Part shown: in pieces, positions 17,427-26,674 of the stretch
Layout: every line of letters starts with the position of its first letter
How positions within the stretch are numbered: the first letter of the stretch is position 1
Source of the DNA: Candidatus Hadarchaeota archaeon
GTDB taxonomy: Archaea; CAYQAE01; CAYVLA01
Length of the DNA stretch: 64,000 nucleotides
Assembly: GCA_964621445.1 (NCBI GenBank)
Contig: CAZUNO010000004.1
Coordinates: 96,001-160,000, forward strand
Direction: 5' to 3'
The notes under the pieces: model-generated
The model's input: only the letters and a program-made list of their open reading frames with translations
Databases searched by the model: none
What the model was told of the DNA's origin: nothing
Made by a program: the position numbers and the translations under genes

Positions 17427-18782
17427 CTAGGCTTGAACGGTTATGGTGGCGTAGATATAATCTATGGCCCTAACCGGCCTTACCGCGATGTCCGCCCTAA
17501 CTATGCCCTGGGCGAAATCCTGTTCTGAACAGTACACGTCGACCAGGAAAGGTGGCTCCTCCCCGTCCACGCTGGGCACGATGGCGTCCTCACGTTCCAT
17601 GGTCATGAAGAACTCGGTTAGCTTCTCCCTTAGAGCAGTGCGACCGCCGGGGGTGTTAAGAGTACCGATGAAGTTCTCAGCCACATTCCGGGCTCCCCTA
17701 ACCGCGTGGTCAGCAACTCTGGTGACGCTGATCTGTTCCTTGTCGGTTGAAATGCCCTTCTCCACGATAATTCCTCTTCCCTTTCGGGCCTCCAGGGCCA
17801 GAATACCGGCCTTGAGAAGCTCCTTTAGCTGTGCAGGTGTGTACCTGGTTTCAAGCTCGGATACCCCGGTAATGGACTTGAAGGTCGGGGATTCGTAGTA
17901 GTTCAGCTTGCTTATCAAACCGCCAACGGCACCAGAAACTCCGTAGGGCGCTACAAGAACGAATCGATCGCTGGCCAGGGTCTCGGTTCTCTTTGCGATG
18001 TCCTCCACATCTTCCCCGGGTGCCACGGTCCCAATTCCGATCCTGTTCTTTGCCTCCTGGGCCATGTTCTTGCAGTGGGCATCGATCAGAGCATGTACCT
18101 TGGGGTCCCATGTGTCACAGACGGAAACCATGTCCACATCCTCTTCCATCTCCAACATCTCGAGGGCTGACTCGATATCCTCCATCTTTGGTTGAGCTGT
18201 CTCGCCGCCGGAAAGCTCGTACTCGCCTGGTGCAGGGATTGGACTCTTGGTCTCCTTTCCCTTGCTAAGGTCCTCCGCCGACACCAGTTCGGAGTTTTGG
18301 TTGAGCATTGTGACGATGTAGTTGTCACTGTCCGGATCCATGACCAGATCGTCCCATACCTCGAAGGTAACGCCATTGGTGATCTGTAGCATCACGCTGT
18401 CTTCCGAATTCCCTTCCGATACTCCCACCTTTATGGAGTTACCGGCCTCGCCCGGAACCTTTGATTCAAGGTCCACGAGCTTTGCGTTGTTCTCGTTGGT
18501 GAGGGTCGCTTTCGCGGATTTTGACCCTCCCGCCTCAACTCGCACCGCATATACCTGCGATACACCATTTAGAAAACAGGTGCGAGCATCCTTGGTTAGG
18601 GAATAGGCGGTATCCGCTCCGAACTTACCAGTCAGTTCCCGGTACCCAGTGACTGGTATCGGTTTGAGAAGGGGGCCCTTCTCAGCCGTGCCCACAAGCC
18701 CAACCACCCCGGCTGGATGAAGCTGTTGAGGCACGATCTCCTTTATTACCTGGATTTCAACTCCGGGTAGGATTCTTGCCAA
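17427..18782 (-). CDS. Contractile tail sheath protein
   Basis: ILPGVEIQ N terminus, GLVGTAEKGP, FLNGVSQVYAVRV, PGEAGNSIKV, RVAD...FIGTLN, IAVRPVRAIDYIYATI C terminus. TTG start. Confidence 0.96.
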   Translation of the reverse strand: MARILPGVEIQVIKEIVPQQLHPAGVVGLVGTAEKGPLLKPIPVTGYRELTGKFGADTAYSLTKDARTCFLNGVSQVYAVRVEAGGSKSAKATLTNENNAKLVDLESKVPGEAGNSIKVGVSEGNSEDSVMLQITNGVTFEVWDDLVMDPDSDNYIVTMLNQNSELVSAEDLSKGKETKSPIPAPGEYELSGGETAQPKMEDIESALEMLEMEEDVDMVSVCDTWDPKVHALIDAHCKNMAQEAKNRIGIGTVAPGEDVEDIAKRTETLASDRFVLVAPYGVSGAVGGLISKLNYYESPTFKSITGVSELETRYTPAQLKELLKAGILALEARKGRGIIVEKGISTDKEQISVTRVADHAVRGARNVAENFIGTLNTPGGRTALREKLTEFFMTMEREDAIVPSVDGEEPPFLVDVYCSEQDFAQGIVRADIAVRPVRAIDYIYATITVQA

Positions 18783-18814
18783 TCTAAGTCCTCATTGGCG
18801 ATGTTGTTCGATAT

Positions 18815-18832
18815 TATTTAAAGATTGTCTTC
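18815..18832 (-). promoter_or_regulatory. Archaeal-type BRE/TATA promoter of the CIS operon
   Basis: Minus strand reads GAAGACAATC-TTTAAATA (TATA at 18822-18815), about 33 nt upstream of the sheath start. Confidence 0.6.
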
Positions 18833-18887
18833 GAATTCTGACAAGATTCTCGGTCATTTCGAAGAGTTTGGATACTTTACCAGACAT

Positions 18888-18922
18888 TTAGGAAACCCGG
18901 TGATCTCCATTAGGAAATCCGG
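18888..18922. repeat. 13-bp direct repeat TTAGGAAA(C/T)CCGG with 22-bp period, candidate operator
   Basis: Copies at 18888-18900 and 18910-18922 in the divergent intergenic region. Confidence 0.5.
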
Positions 18923-18967
18923 AAGATATTAATCCCCCTTAAACATTTTCGATAGCCCAGTGTTAAT

Positions 18968-20488
18968 TTGAAAACCCCTTTTCACGGCATATGCCCGCCA
19001 TTAGAACTTCGCTCAAATATCATGTTTTTCCACGATTGGAGATACGTCCACCATGGATCGACCGTCTGGTTGAGTGAATCGGGGGAGAATCCCGGTTTAT
19101 GGGTACCGGCAAAAACGGAGGACTATCATTGGGCAGGAACCAATATCCCGAGGGGAATAGAGTTGAAGGTGAAGAAAGCCGTCAAATCGGGTCCCATTAT
19201 CGAGCCCGACAAGCCCTGGGAGGGGATGTTACATGCCCCCAGTCTAATTTTTGACCAGGGAAAATATAGACTCTGGTACGAGTCGGTTCCACCGGTCGAT
19301 ATGGAGGCCTTTGATGCCGGAATGACAAACCTGCTGTGCTACGCGGAGTCCGCGGATGCAGAGGAATGGGTCAAGCCAAATCTGGGGGCTATGGGCTACC
19401 AGGGGGCCGAGAATACAAACATAGTCTATGGGGGAGAATTAACCTCCAAGACGGGCTACCACGGGGGAAGCGTGTTCCTGGACCCAGGGTGCGATATAAG
19501 CGAGAGGTTCAAGTTGATACACCTGGGATATCTTTCAAGAGACGACTACGAGTCCTACATGCAAAAAGAGGGGATGGAATCAGACCCCCATAACGAGAAA
19601 AGAGACGAACCTCGGGCCGTTTTTGGCGGCGTTTCCCCTGATGGCATAAACTGGACGCCTCTAGATGAGCCACTAGTTTTACAGATGAGCGACACCCAGA
19701 ATGTAGCCTACTATGATACCCATCTGAGGAGATATGTGGCCTATCTAAGAACCTGGGTGATGGGAAAGCGGTCGATAGGTAGAACCGAGTCCAGGAAGTT
19801 CGGGCGCTTTCCACTTCCCGAAACCTTTCTCTGGCCGGATTTATCGGTAGGTCCCTCCGATCTGTGGTACGCAAATGGAAAAACAACCTATCCTGACGCG
19901 GATGACTACCATCTACTCTTCCCCAAGAAATGGAGGCTGTCCGAGGACCGTTTCTACGTCTACATGTCAACCAGCCCCGATGGAATCATGTGGGGTCCAC
20001 CTAGACCTGTTTTGGAACCGGGTGAGGAGTGGGATTACGGCGGGGTCGATGTAGGCCCAGGAATGGTTAATCTGCCAGGTGAAAGGCTAGGGGTACCATT
20101 CGTGGGATACGAGGTCCCCCACAAGTATCCAAGAAGTGCTCCCCTGGGAAAGATAGCATTAGCCCACTGGGAACGTGGGAGGTTGGTCGGCCTGGAGGCA
20201 AAGGAGAGAGGGAGCTTCAGCACGGTATTGTTGAGATTAAAGGGGCAGGAGGTTCACGTAAATCTAAAAACCAGCAAAACCGGTGAATTCAGGATAGGGA
20301 TCTCGGATAAAAACGGAATCGGAATAGCAGGTAGGACAATAGCAGATTGTGATCCCATTACCGGGAATCATCTCGACAAATTGGTTACATGGCACGGTAG
20401 CTCAAATATCGAGGAGGGGGATGAACACCTTTTGCGCTTCCGGGTAGTTATGGACCAGGCCGAACTTTTTGCCCTACGGTTCATCTAG
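18968..20488 (+). CDS. Beta-propeller glycoside-hydrolase-like protein (GH32/43/130-like fold)
   Basis: PDKPWE, YRLWY, YAESAD..EWVKPNLG, Asp-box-like SPDGINW and SPDGIMW, C-terminal beta-sandwich. Confidence 0.7.
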   Translation: MKTPFHGICPPLELRSNIMFFHDWRYVHHGSTVWLSESGENPGLWVPAKTEDYHWAGTNIPRGIELKVKKAVKSGPIIEPDKPWEGMLHAPSLIFDQGKYRLWYESVPPVDMEAFDAGMTNLLCYAESADAEEWVKPNLGAMGYQGAENTNIVYGGELTSKTGYHGGSVFLDPGCDISERFKLIHLGYLSRDDYESYMQKEGMESDPHNEKRDEPRAVFGGVSPDGINWTPLDEPLVLQMSDTQNVAYYDTHLRRYVAYLRTWVMGKRSIGRTESRKFGRFPLPETFLWPDLSVGPSDLWYANGKTTYPDADDYHLLFPKKWRLSEDRFYVYMSTSPDGIMWGPPRPVLEPGEEWDYGGVDVGPGMVNLPGERLGVPFVGYEVPHKYPRSAPLGKIALAHWERGRLVGLEAKERGSFSTVLLRLKGQEVHVNLKTSKTGEFRIGISDKNGIGIAGRTIADCDPITGNHLDKLVTWHGSSNIEEGDEHLLRFRVVMDQAELFALRFI

Positions 20489-20564
20489 AATCACCCGATG
20501 GGTCACCTTTCGCTTGATATTTAAGTTCCCAAAGGAATTTCCATGCTGCCAGAGGGGAGGGAAC

Positions 20565-21320
20565 CTGCTGAGCTCATCAAACGGAATAATTCGGGTAAGC
20601 GATCTGGTAAAGAAATATGGTGAGGTCGCTGCACTGAAGGGATTAGATCTAGAGGTGTTTTCGGGGGAGCTCTATGGGTTTCTTGGTCCCAATGGAGCCG
20701 GTAAGACGACCACCATAAACGTCCTGACTGGTCTGACGGTACCCACAAGCGGTGAGGTAATTCTCGATGGGTTCCATATGCCCGAGGAGTCAGGCGATGT
20801 AAAGAGGGATATAGGCCTCTGCCCCCAGATAACCGCCGTATATGACTACCTAACGGGAAGAGAAAATGTTGAATTTTTTGGTGGACTCCAGGGTATGGAG
20901 GAGAGCCAGATTTCCTCCCGGACCAAACTCCTGTTAAGAAGCCTGGGCCTGGAGGGCGATGCGGACAGGCGAGTCGGGGAATACAGCGGGGGCATGAAGC
21001 GCCGAATAAACCTGGCCATGGGATTGGTTCATGGCCCCAAGATGGTATTTCTGGATGAACCCACGGTCGGCATGGACCCACAGTCCAGACATGCAGTCTG
21101 GGACTTCCTAATGGAACTGAAGGAGAGCCGTAAGACCCTCATACTTACCACTCATTACATGGAGGAGGCAGAAATCCTCTGTGACAGGGTGGGCATAATC
21201 GATCACGGTAGATTGATTGGTCTGGGGTCGCCGGAGGAGCTCATGAAAGACCATGACGCCCAGAATCTGGAAGAGGTCTTTCTCGATCTGACCGGCAGGA
21301 CCATAAGGGAGGAGATGTAG
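20565..21320 (+). CDS. ABC-2 type exporter ATP-binding subunit
   Basis: Walker A GPNGAGKTT, signature YSGGMKRR, Walker B FLDEPT, TTHYMEEA. Start codon uncertain (track 20469; TTG 20514; CTG 20565/20568). Confidence 0.92.
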   Translation: MLSSSNGIIRVSDLVKKYGEVAALKGLDLEVFSGELYGFLGPNGAGKTTTINVLTGLTVPTSGEVILDGFHMPEESGDVKRDIGLCPQITAVYDYLTGRENVEFFGGLQGMEESQISSRTKLLLRSLGLEGDADRRVGEYSGGMKRRINLAMGLVHGPKMVFLDEPTVGMDPQSRHAVWDFLMELKESRKTLILTTHYMEEAEILCDRVGIIDHGRLIGLGSPEELMKDHDAQNLEEVFLDLTGRTIREEM

Positions 21321-22481
21321 TTGAGGTTTCAAAGAATCCTGGCCCTTTTCATGAAGGAGATAAGGAGAATGACCAGGGACCCGGGGGCTCTCTTTCTGCT
21401 GGTGCTTTTCCCCATGATCTTGACCCTGGTGTTCGGCCTATCATTCGGCAAGATAGGGGGTGGAGAGGAGAACAAGTACACATTGGCGCTGGTGAACGAG
21501 GGGGACATGGGAGATAAATGGGTTGGATTCTTCCAGAGCAACCTGAGTGAGACCGGGCTTTTCGAAATCGAGAACTACGAGCAGGAGAATTCGGCCAGAA
21601 GCGAGCTAGAACAGGGGAGGATAGACTCCATAGTAGTTCTACCCCAAGGTTTTGGGGAGGCCTGCGAGTCCTTCAGGAGGGCTCCTGAAGACCCGTCCAG
21701 CTGGTCGAACGTGACCCTGGGTCTTTATGTGGATAGTGGGTCCCTCGTTGCCAGCCAGGCCATACCTCCGCTTATAGAAAGTATGATTGAATTAATCCTA
21801 ATAGGTGATGTTATTGATGAGCCCAGGATACCCGTAAACCTGGGAGCTCCTTCGATGATCGAAGGCAGGGAAACCAGCACCTTCGATTACTTTGTTCCGG
21901 GGCTATTCTCTTATGCCGCCATTTTTCTAATAATGAGCGTCGGGCAGTCGTTCACGATTGACCGGGAGAATGGATTGCTTAGAAGGATCAGGACAACCCC
22001 AACCAGTTCGATTGAATTCATGTCGGGACATGCTCTTTCGAATATGGTCGTGGCAATCATCCAGGTAACCGTAATATTTGCCATGGCCTTTGTCATAGGT
22101 TACAGACCCCTTGGCGGCGTGCCGGCGCTGCTCATGGCCTTTCTAACTGTGATAATCTTCTCCCTTTGCTGCGTAGGTTTCGGACTTATCACTGCAACCC
22201 TGGCCAAATCGCCGGGTTCGGCAACCGGTATAGCATTCGTGTTCATACTACCCCAAATGTTCCTAGGGACGTTCGTGGGGCTAGTTCTAAGCCCGGCCAT
22301 GAAAAGGATCGCCAGACTGGTTCCCAGCTGATACGTCACCGATAGTCTCACCACGTTATTTATCAGAGGGGCCTCGGTGTTTAGCCCCAGCGTTATTCTT
22401 GACCTATTGATAATAGCGGCATGGAGCATCGTAGTGCTATCAATAGGAATAGTGGCCTTCGAAAGGTACGGAAAAGACTGA
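21321..22481 (+). CDS. ABC-2 permease interrupted by an in-frame TGA at 22329-22331 (possible pseudogene)
   Basis: ABC-2 motifs (FDYFVPG, DRENGLLRRIRTTP). After ...RLVPS-TGA the same frame continues YVTDSLTTLFIRG...IGIVAFERYGKD*, supplying the expected last TM helix. Confidence 0.85.
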
Positions 22482-22515
22482 AAAGCCATTCAATTGTGGA
22501 TAAAGTGATCATAAT

Positions 22516-25197
22516 ATGGGCTTACTTGGCCGATTCGGAAAAGCCGTGGTTAGCCACCCCAAAGCCATCATCATAATAATTCTGACCTTCACCGCAGTAA
22601 TGGGTTACTTCGCCACCCAGGTGGAATTCTCATCCAGCGAGGAGGATTTTCAGCCCGAGGACGAGATTGGGATGGCAAATAGAAGGGTCCAGGAGAAATT
22701 CGGGGCCCAGCAGATTTCAGTTAACGTCCTTTTTTTCTCAAATGATAACGCCATAGATCGAGCATCGCTTCTTGCCCAGCTGGCATTTCGACAGAGAATT
22801 TTAAATGACACCGAAATCAAGAGCTCCCTAGCCACTACATCCGACAACCCCTCGGGCATGAATTCCGTCGTGGACCTGGTATGTCGAGCGGCTTTCATGA
22901 CGGAACTGTTCGGCGAGTTTGAAGAACTATTCTCGAATGGAGAAGGATCCTCGGGCCCCCCGCCAGGAGTATTCGGGCAGGTCACTGAGCGTGCGTCGAA
23001 TCTCTCCGACCAGGAGCGGAGATCAATCCTCGAAGGAGGCTCATTTGAGGTAAACTTCCAGGGCATGCCCCTGCCCATCACCGTCGATTTTAAGCCCTAC
23101 CGTCCTTCCCTTCTTCCGACATATCTTGAGAACACTCCTTACGAGGATATCATCACCTTTCTTCTATCTAAGGATTATGAGAAAGGGGGAACCACGGCCA
23201 AAGATGCCCTGTTCAGCGTCTTGCTTAAGGGTTCCCTGGATTCCGAGAGGGCCCTTTCAGTTGAGGAAAGAATTCAAACCATTGCCAATGATATTGGCTC
23301 CTCCAAGGATTTCCTGGATATCAGGGTGCTGGGCGATGAGTTGACAAGCCAGGTCATAAGCGAGGCTTCAGGGCGGACAACGGGCATACTGATGTCCTTA
23401 GCTTTGCTTTCTGTGGTGGTTACCTTAATGATCGTGTATAGGAGCTTCACTGACACGGCATTGAATATAATCACCCTGATTTTTGCGGTGATATGGGTAT
23501 TTGGCCTCAGCGTTTTGCTTGGGTATAGATTCAACCCTGCCATCACCGCGGTTCCCGTATTGATCATCGGGTTGGGGATTGATTACGGAATACATCTCAC
23601 CAATCGGTATAAAGAAGAGCTTAGAGGGGGAAAGAAGGTGAAACAGGCCTGGATGGTTAGTGAATCCTCGGTTGGATTTGCTATCCTCCTCACCACCATT
23701 ACCACCCTTCTCGGTTTTATGAGCAACATCACATCTTCGGTCGCCTCGGTGAGACACTTCGGCATACTTTCTGCCTCGGGGGTGGTAAGCGCTTTCATCT
23801 TGATGGTCACATTCCTACCTGCAACAAAGGCCATATTGGACGGTCGAAAGGAGAGATCGGGTGAGCAGGTAGTCAAGGAGAAGAAGGATGCGGATGGTGG
23901 GTGGGGTTTTGCCAGGAAAAAAGTTGAGGCCGAAAGACCCGAGATGTTGGACGAGATGGTCTGTGCGTCGGGACCTGCCTGTATAAACAAGGGATTGGGT
24001 GCCGGGGCAATCATAGCACGTCATCCAATTATCATTTTGTCGATAGTGGCATTGATCACCGGGATTGCGGTTCTGGGAGCTGTTCAACTGGAGCCAAGAT
24101 TTGATTTCCGTGACTTTCTTCCCCGTGGGCTTGAGGTATCTGAAACCTTCGATCGTTTCTTCAGCGACTTCAACTTCAGTGGCGAATTGGTATATGTTCT
24201 GGTAGAGGGCGGGGTAACCAACCCCCAGGTTCTGGAATCGCTGTCGGCGGTGGAGGGGAGAGCAAGCGAAAGTCCATTCACCAGCCCAACCAGCCCGATT
24301 GAATCACCCCTAGAACTGGCAAGGGGGCTTGCGGACCCGAGTTCTTACCAGTATGATCCGGATGTTGCCCGGTTCTGGAGCGAACGAATTGATGAGGACG
24401 GAGATGGAACTCCGGACGATGATTTGAAGGAAAGGGAAGTGGAGGAGCTTTATGAGCTGCTTTATGAAAAGGATGAGTCCCAGTCACGAAGGGTTCTTCA
24501 CCGCTCGGGCTCCGGATTTGACTCTGTCTTGGTGAGGATACCCGTGAAGAGCACTTCCGGAGATGAAGTCCTGACCCTGGCGGAAGATATGAAGTCGGCC
24601 GCCGATCCCCTGGAAGAGCTCCAGGGAGAGGTTAACAGGGTAACCGTTACTGGGTCCCCAATTATCTCGGCGGTCACTCTGGAATCAATTGACACCGATT
24701 TCGTTCGTTCGGTGCTAATCACCTTTGCCGTTTCCCTGCTAATCCTAACCATCATCTATCTTCGCATTAGGAGGGCGATGCTTCTGGGTGCTGTAGCATT
24801 GATTCCTCTAACTTTTGTCATTGCCTGGGGAGCTGGAACCATGTACTATGCCTCCATACCACTAAACGTGGTAACGGTAACTATACTGGCCATTACCGTA
24901 GGGCTGGGAATCGACTACGGCATACATGTAACAGAACGCTTTTTGGAGGAATTGGATAGACTTGGTGATCCTGATTGCGCTCTCTGTGTTGCCGTAAACC
25001 ACACGGGTAGTTCCCTTTTTGGCTCTGCAACCACCACGGTTATCGGTTTCGGAATTCTATCGCTGTCCATAATCCCTCCGCTTGCCCAGTTTGGAGTGAT
25101 TACCGCAATTACCGTATCCTTTGCATTTCTATCCTCGGTGTTCGTTCTACCCACTTTCCTCAGGCTCTGGTACATACTGGGACCGGGCAGGGAGTAG
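22516..25197 (+). CDS. RND superfamily (MMPL / HAE3-like) transporter
   Basis: Duplicated halves, each with GLGIDYGIH; about 12 TM helices and two large loops. Confidence 0.92.
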   Translation: MGLLGRFGKAVVSHPKAIIIIILTFTAVMGYFATQVEFSSSEEDFQPEDEIGMANRRVQEKFGAQQISVNVLFFSNDNAIDRASLLAQLAFRQRILNDTEIKSSLATTSDNPSGMNSVVDLVCRAAFMTELFGEFEELFSNGEGSSGPPPGVFGQVTERASNLSDQERRSILEGGSFEVNFQGMPLPITVDFKPYRPSLLPTYLENTPYEDIITFLLSKDYEKGGTTAKDALFSVLLKGSLDSERALSVEERIQTIANDIGSSKDFLDIRVLGDELTSQVISEASGRTTGILMSLALLSVVVTLMIVYRSFTDTALNIITLIFAVIWVFGLSVLLGYRFNPAITAVPVLIIGLGIDYGIHLTNRYKEELRGGKKVKQAWMVSESSVGFAILLTTITTLLGFMSNITSSVASVRHFGILSASGVVSAFILMVTFLPATKAILDGRKERSGEQVVKEKKDADGGWGFARKKVEAERPEMLDEMVCASGPACINKGLGAGAIIARHPIIILSIVALITGIAVLGAVQLEPRFDFRDFLPRGLEVSETFDRFFSDFNFSGELVYVLVEGGVTNPQVLESLSAVEGRASESPFTSPTSPIESPLELARGLADPSSYQYDPDVARFWSERIDEDGDGTPDDDLKEREVEELYELLYEKDESQSRRVLHRSGSGFDSVLVRIPVKSTSGDEVLTLAEDMKSAADPLEELQGEVNRVTVTGSPIISAVTLESIDTDFVRSVLITFAVSLLILTIIYLRIRRAMLLGAVALIPLTFVIAWGAGTMYYASIPLNVVTVTILAITVGLGIDYGIHVTERFLEELDRLGDPDCALCVAVNHTGSSLFGSATTTVIGFGILSLSIIPPLAQFGVITAITVSFAFLSSVFVLPTFLRLWYILGPGRE

Positions 25198-25221
25198 TGA
25201 AAACCCTCTAATTGCGGATAA

Positions 25222-26427
25222 TTATTTTTTCCAGAAGTCTGCCGGCATGGTTTCCGGCTCGCCCTCCAGTTCAAGCTCCACCACGGTGTCCTTGGGGTCC
25301 GGGGCCTCCTGGGGAAGACCCTTAACGAAGGCTCTGTCCGCGGATTGTTCCACATCCAGCTCCCGTCCAGAGGCAAGCATCCGGGCTCCTGTTATCCGGT
25401 TTTTTATACCCGCCAGAGTCATCTCGGTTCCTGGCCAGCACGTGATGTGGATATAGACTTTATTTCCCTTGGCCGTAACATGTCCCACATGCCGCTGGGA
25501 AAAGGGAGCCGATCCTGCGCCGTAAATCGACTCCTGGTTTACCTTGATCCAGTCACCGATTTCCCTCAGCCTCCTTGCCTGGAGCTGTGGAATCGTCCCG
25601 TCGGCCTTCGGCCCCACGTTTAGGAGAAAGTTCCCGTTTCCCGAGACACATTTGACCAGATTTCTGACCAGCTGCATGGATGATTTTAAATTAGGATCTC
25701 CTGGGTGATAGCCCCACCAGAGATCATCCATGGTCATGCAGCTTTCCCAGGGCCTGTTTTTCCCCTCGATTTTCTGTTCCGGGGTCTCCAAATCCCCGGG
25801 AATGCCCGAACGATTATTGATTATGATATCCGGCTGAAGAGATCTGACCCGGTTATTTAGTTCCTCAGCCCTCCAGTCCTCTGCCGTGTGGGGCCAGGAG
25901 CCATCATACCACAGTATATCTATCCTATCATACTTGGTCATCAGCTCTTCTACCTGGGCATGGACATAATCAACAAACTCCCTCCATCCCTGGGGATCCT
26001 TTTCTGGCCCTTTCCAGTATGCCGGCCATCTCCAGTCAAGAAGAGAATAATAGAAGCCGATACGCATATCAGCTTCCCTACACGCATCGACGTACTCCGA
26101 TATGAAGTCACGGCCGGAAGCCATCTTGGGAGCAGTGAAGTCCGAAACGTCGCTGTCCCAAAGCGAAAAACCGTCATGATGCCTTGTTGTCAGCACAATG
26201 TATTTCATACCTGCATTCTTGGCCTTTGATACCCATTCTGTTGCATCAAAATTCTGGGGATCAAACCTATGGGCGAGCTTAGCATATTCGGATTTAGGTA
26301 TTCTCTCGCATTGCATAATCCACTCGCCGCGAGCTGGAATAGCATATAGCCCCCAGTGTATAAACATACCAAACCTGGCCTTGGTCCACCATTTCATCCT
26401 TTCCGGAACCTCGTATTCATCTGCCAT
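25222..26427 (-). CDS. Alpha-L-fucosidase (GH29)
   Basis: RFGMFIHWGLY, TTRHHDGFSLW, YYSLLDW, ILWYDG, NFLLNVGP. No signal peptide. Confidence 0.95.
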   Translation of the reverse strand: MADEYEVPERMKWWTKARFGMFIHWGLYAIPARGEWIMQCERIPKSEYAKLAHRFDPQNFDATEWVSKAKNAGMKYIVLTTRHHDGFSLWDSDVSDFTAPKMASGRDFISEYVDACREADMRIGFYYSLLDWRWPAYWKGPEKDPQGWREFVDYVHAQVEELMTKYDRIDILWYDGSWPHTAEDWRAEELNNRVRSLQPDIIINNRSGIPGDLETPEQKIEGKNRPWESCMTMDDLWWGYHPGDPNLKSSMQLVRNLVKCVSGNGNFLLNVGPKADGTIPQLQARRLREIGDWIKVNQESIYGAGSAPFSQRHVGHVTAKGNKVYIHITCWPGTEMTLAGIKNRITGARMLASGRELDVEQSADRAFVKGLPQEAPDPKDTVVELELEGEPETMPADFWKK

Positions 26428-26674
26428 ATCATCAACCTATCTCCCATTCTTCCTTGAGTCGGTCTGAAGAAAATGGGTTTTCGAATTGGGTGAAAAAACG
26501 AGTTGACTTAAAAATCATGCGGAACCAAAAGCAAACAAGCACCCCAAAGTTGCTTTATTCATTATGTTAGCTTATGTTAACCGCACTCATCAAATGCCCT
26601 AATTGAGGATTCGGTGCGCCCCGTATCTCCTTTACCCTTCAAACCTGCACCAATTCGGGAAAATGTCAACTAGC

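Larger units (their letters stand above)
7328..18782. other. Capsid-less contractile injection system (CIS / tailocin-like) gene cluster
   Basis: A near-complete tail module (sheath, tube, chaperones, initiator, hub, spike, PAAR, gp25, J, I, cap candidate) with intact, closely coupled ORFs and no head, packaging, replication or integration genes in the flanks. Confidence 0.9.

Noticed and set aside
7328-18782. Intact prophage/provirus
   Set aside because: No capsid, portal, terminase, integrase, replication genes or att-like repeats were seen, and the flanks are ordinary cellular genes.
7328-18782. Canonical type VI secretion system
   Set aside because: No TssJLM membrane complex, TssK, ClpV or split TssB/TssC sheath; a tape-measure slot and chaperone pair are present instead.
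5691-18782. Compositional (GC or codon) evidence that the CIS locus is a recent island
   Set aside because: This cannot be quantified reliably by eye; it needs a sliding-window GC and tetranucleotide calculation.
22329-22331. UGA reassignment or selenocysteine
   Set aside because: Many genes here end at TGA normally, and the position corresponds to an aromatic residue rather than a catalytic Cys.
26428-26674. Intergenic region checked for ncRNA or small ORFs
   Set aside because: No convincing stem, tRNA fold, repeat or SD-led ORF.
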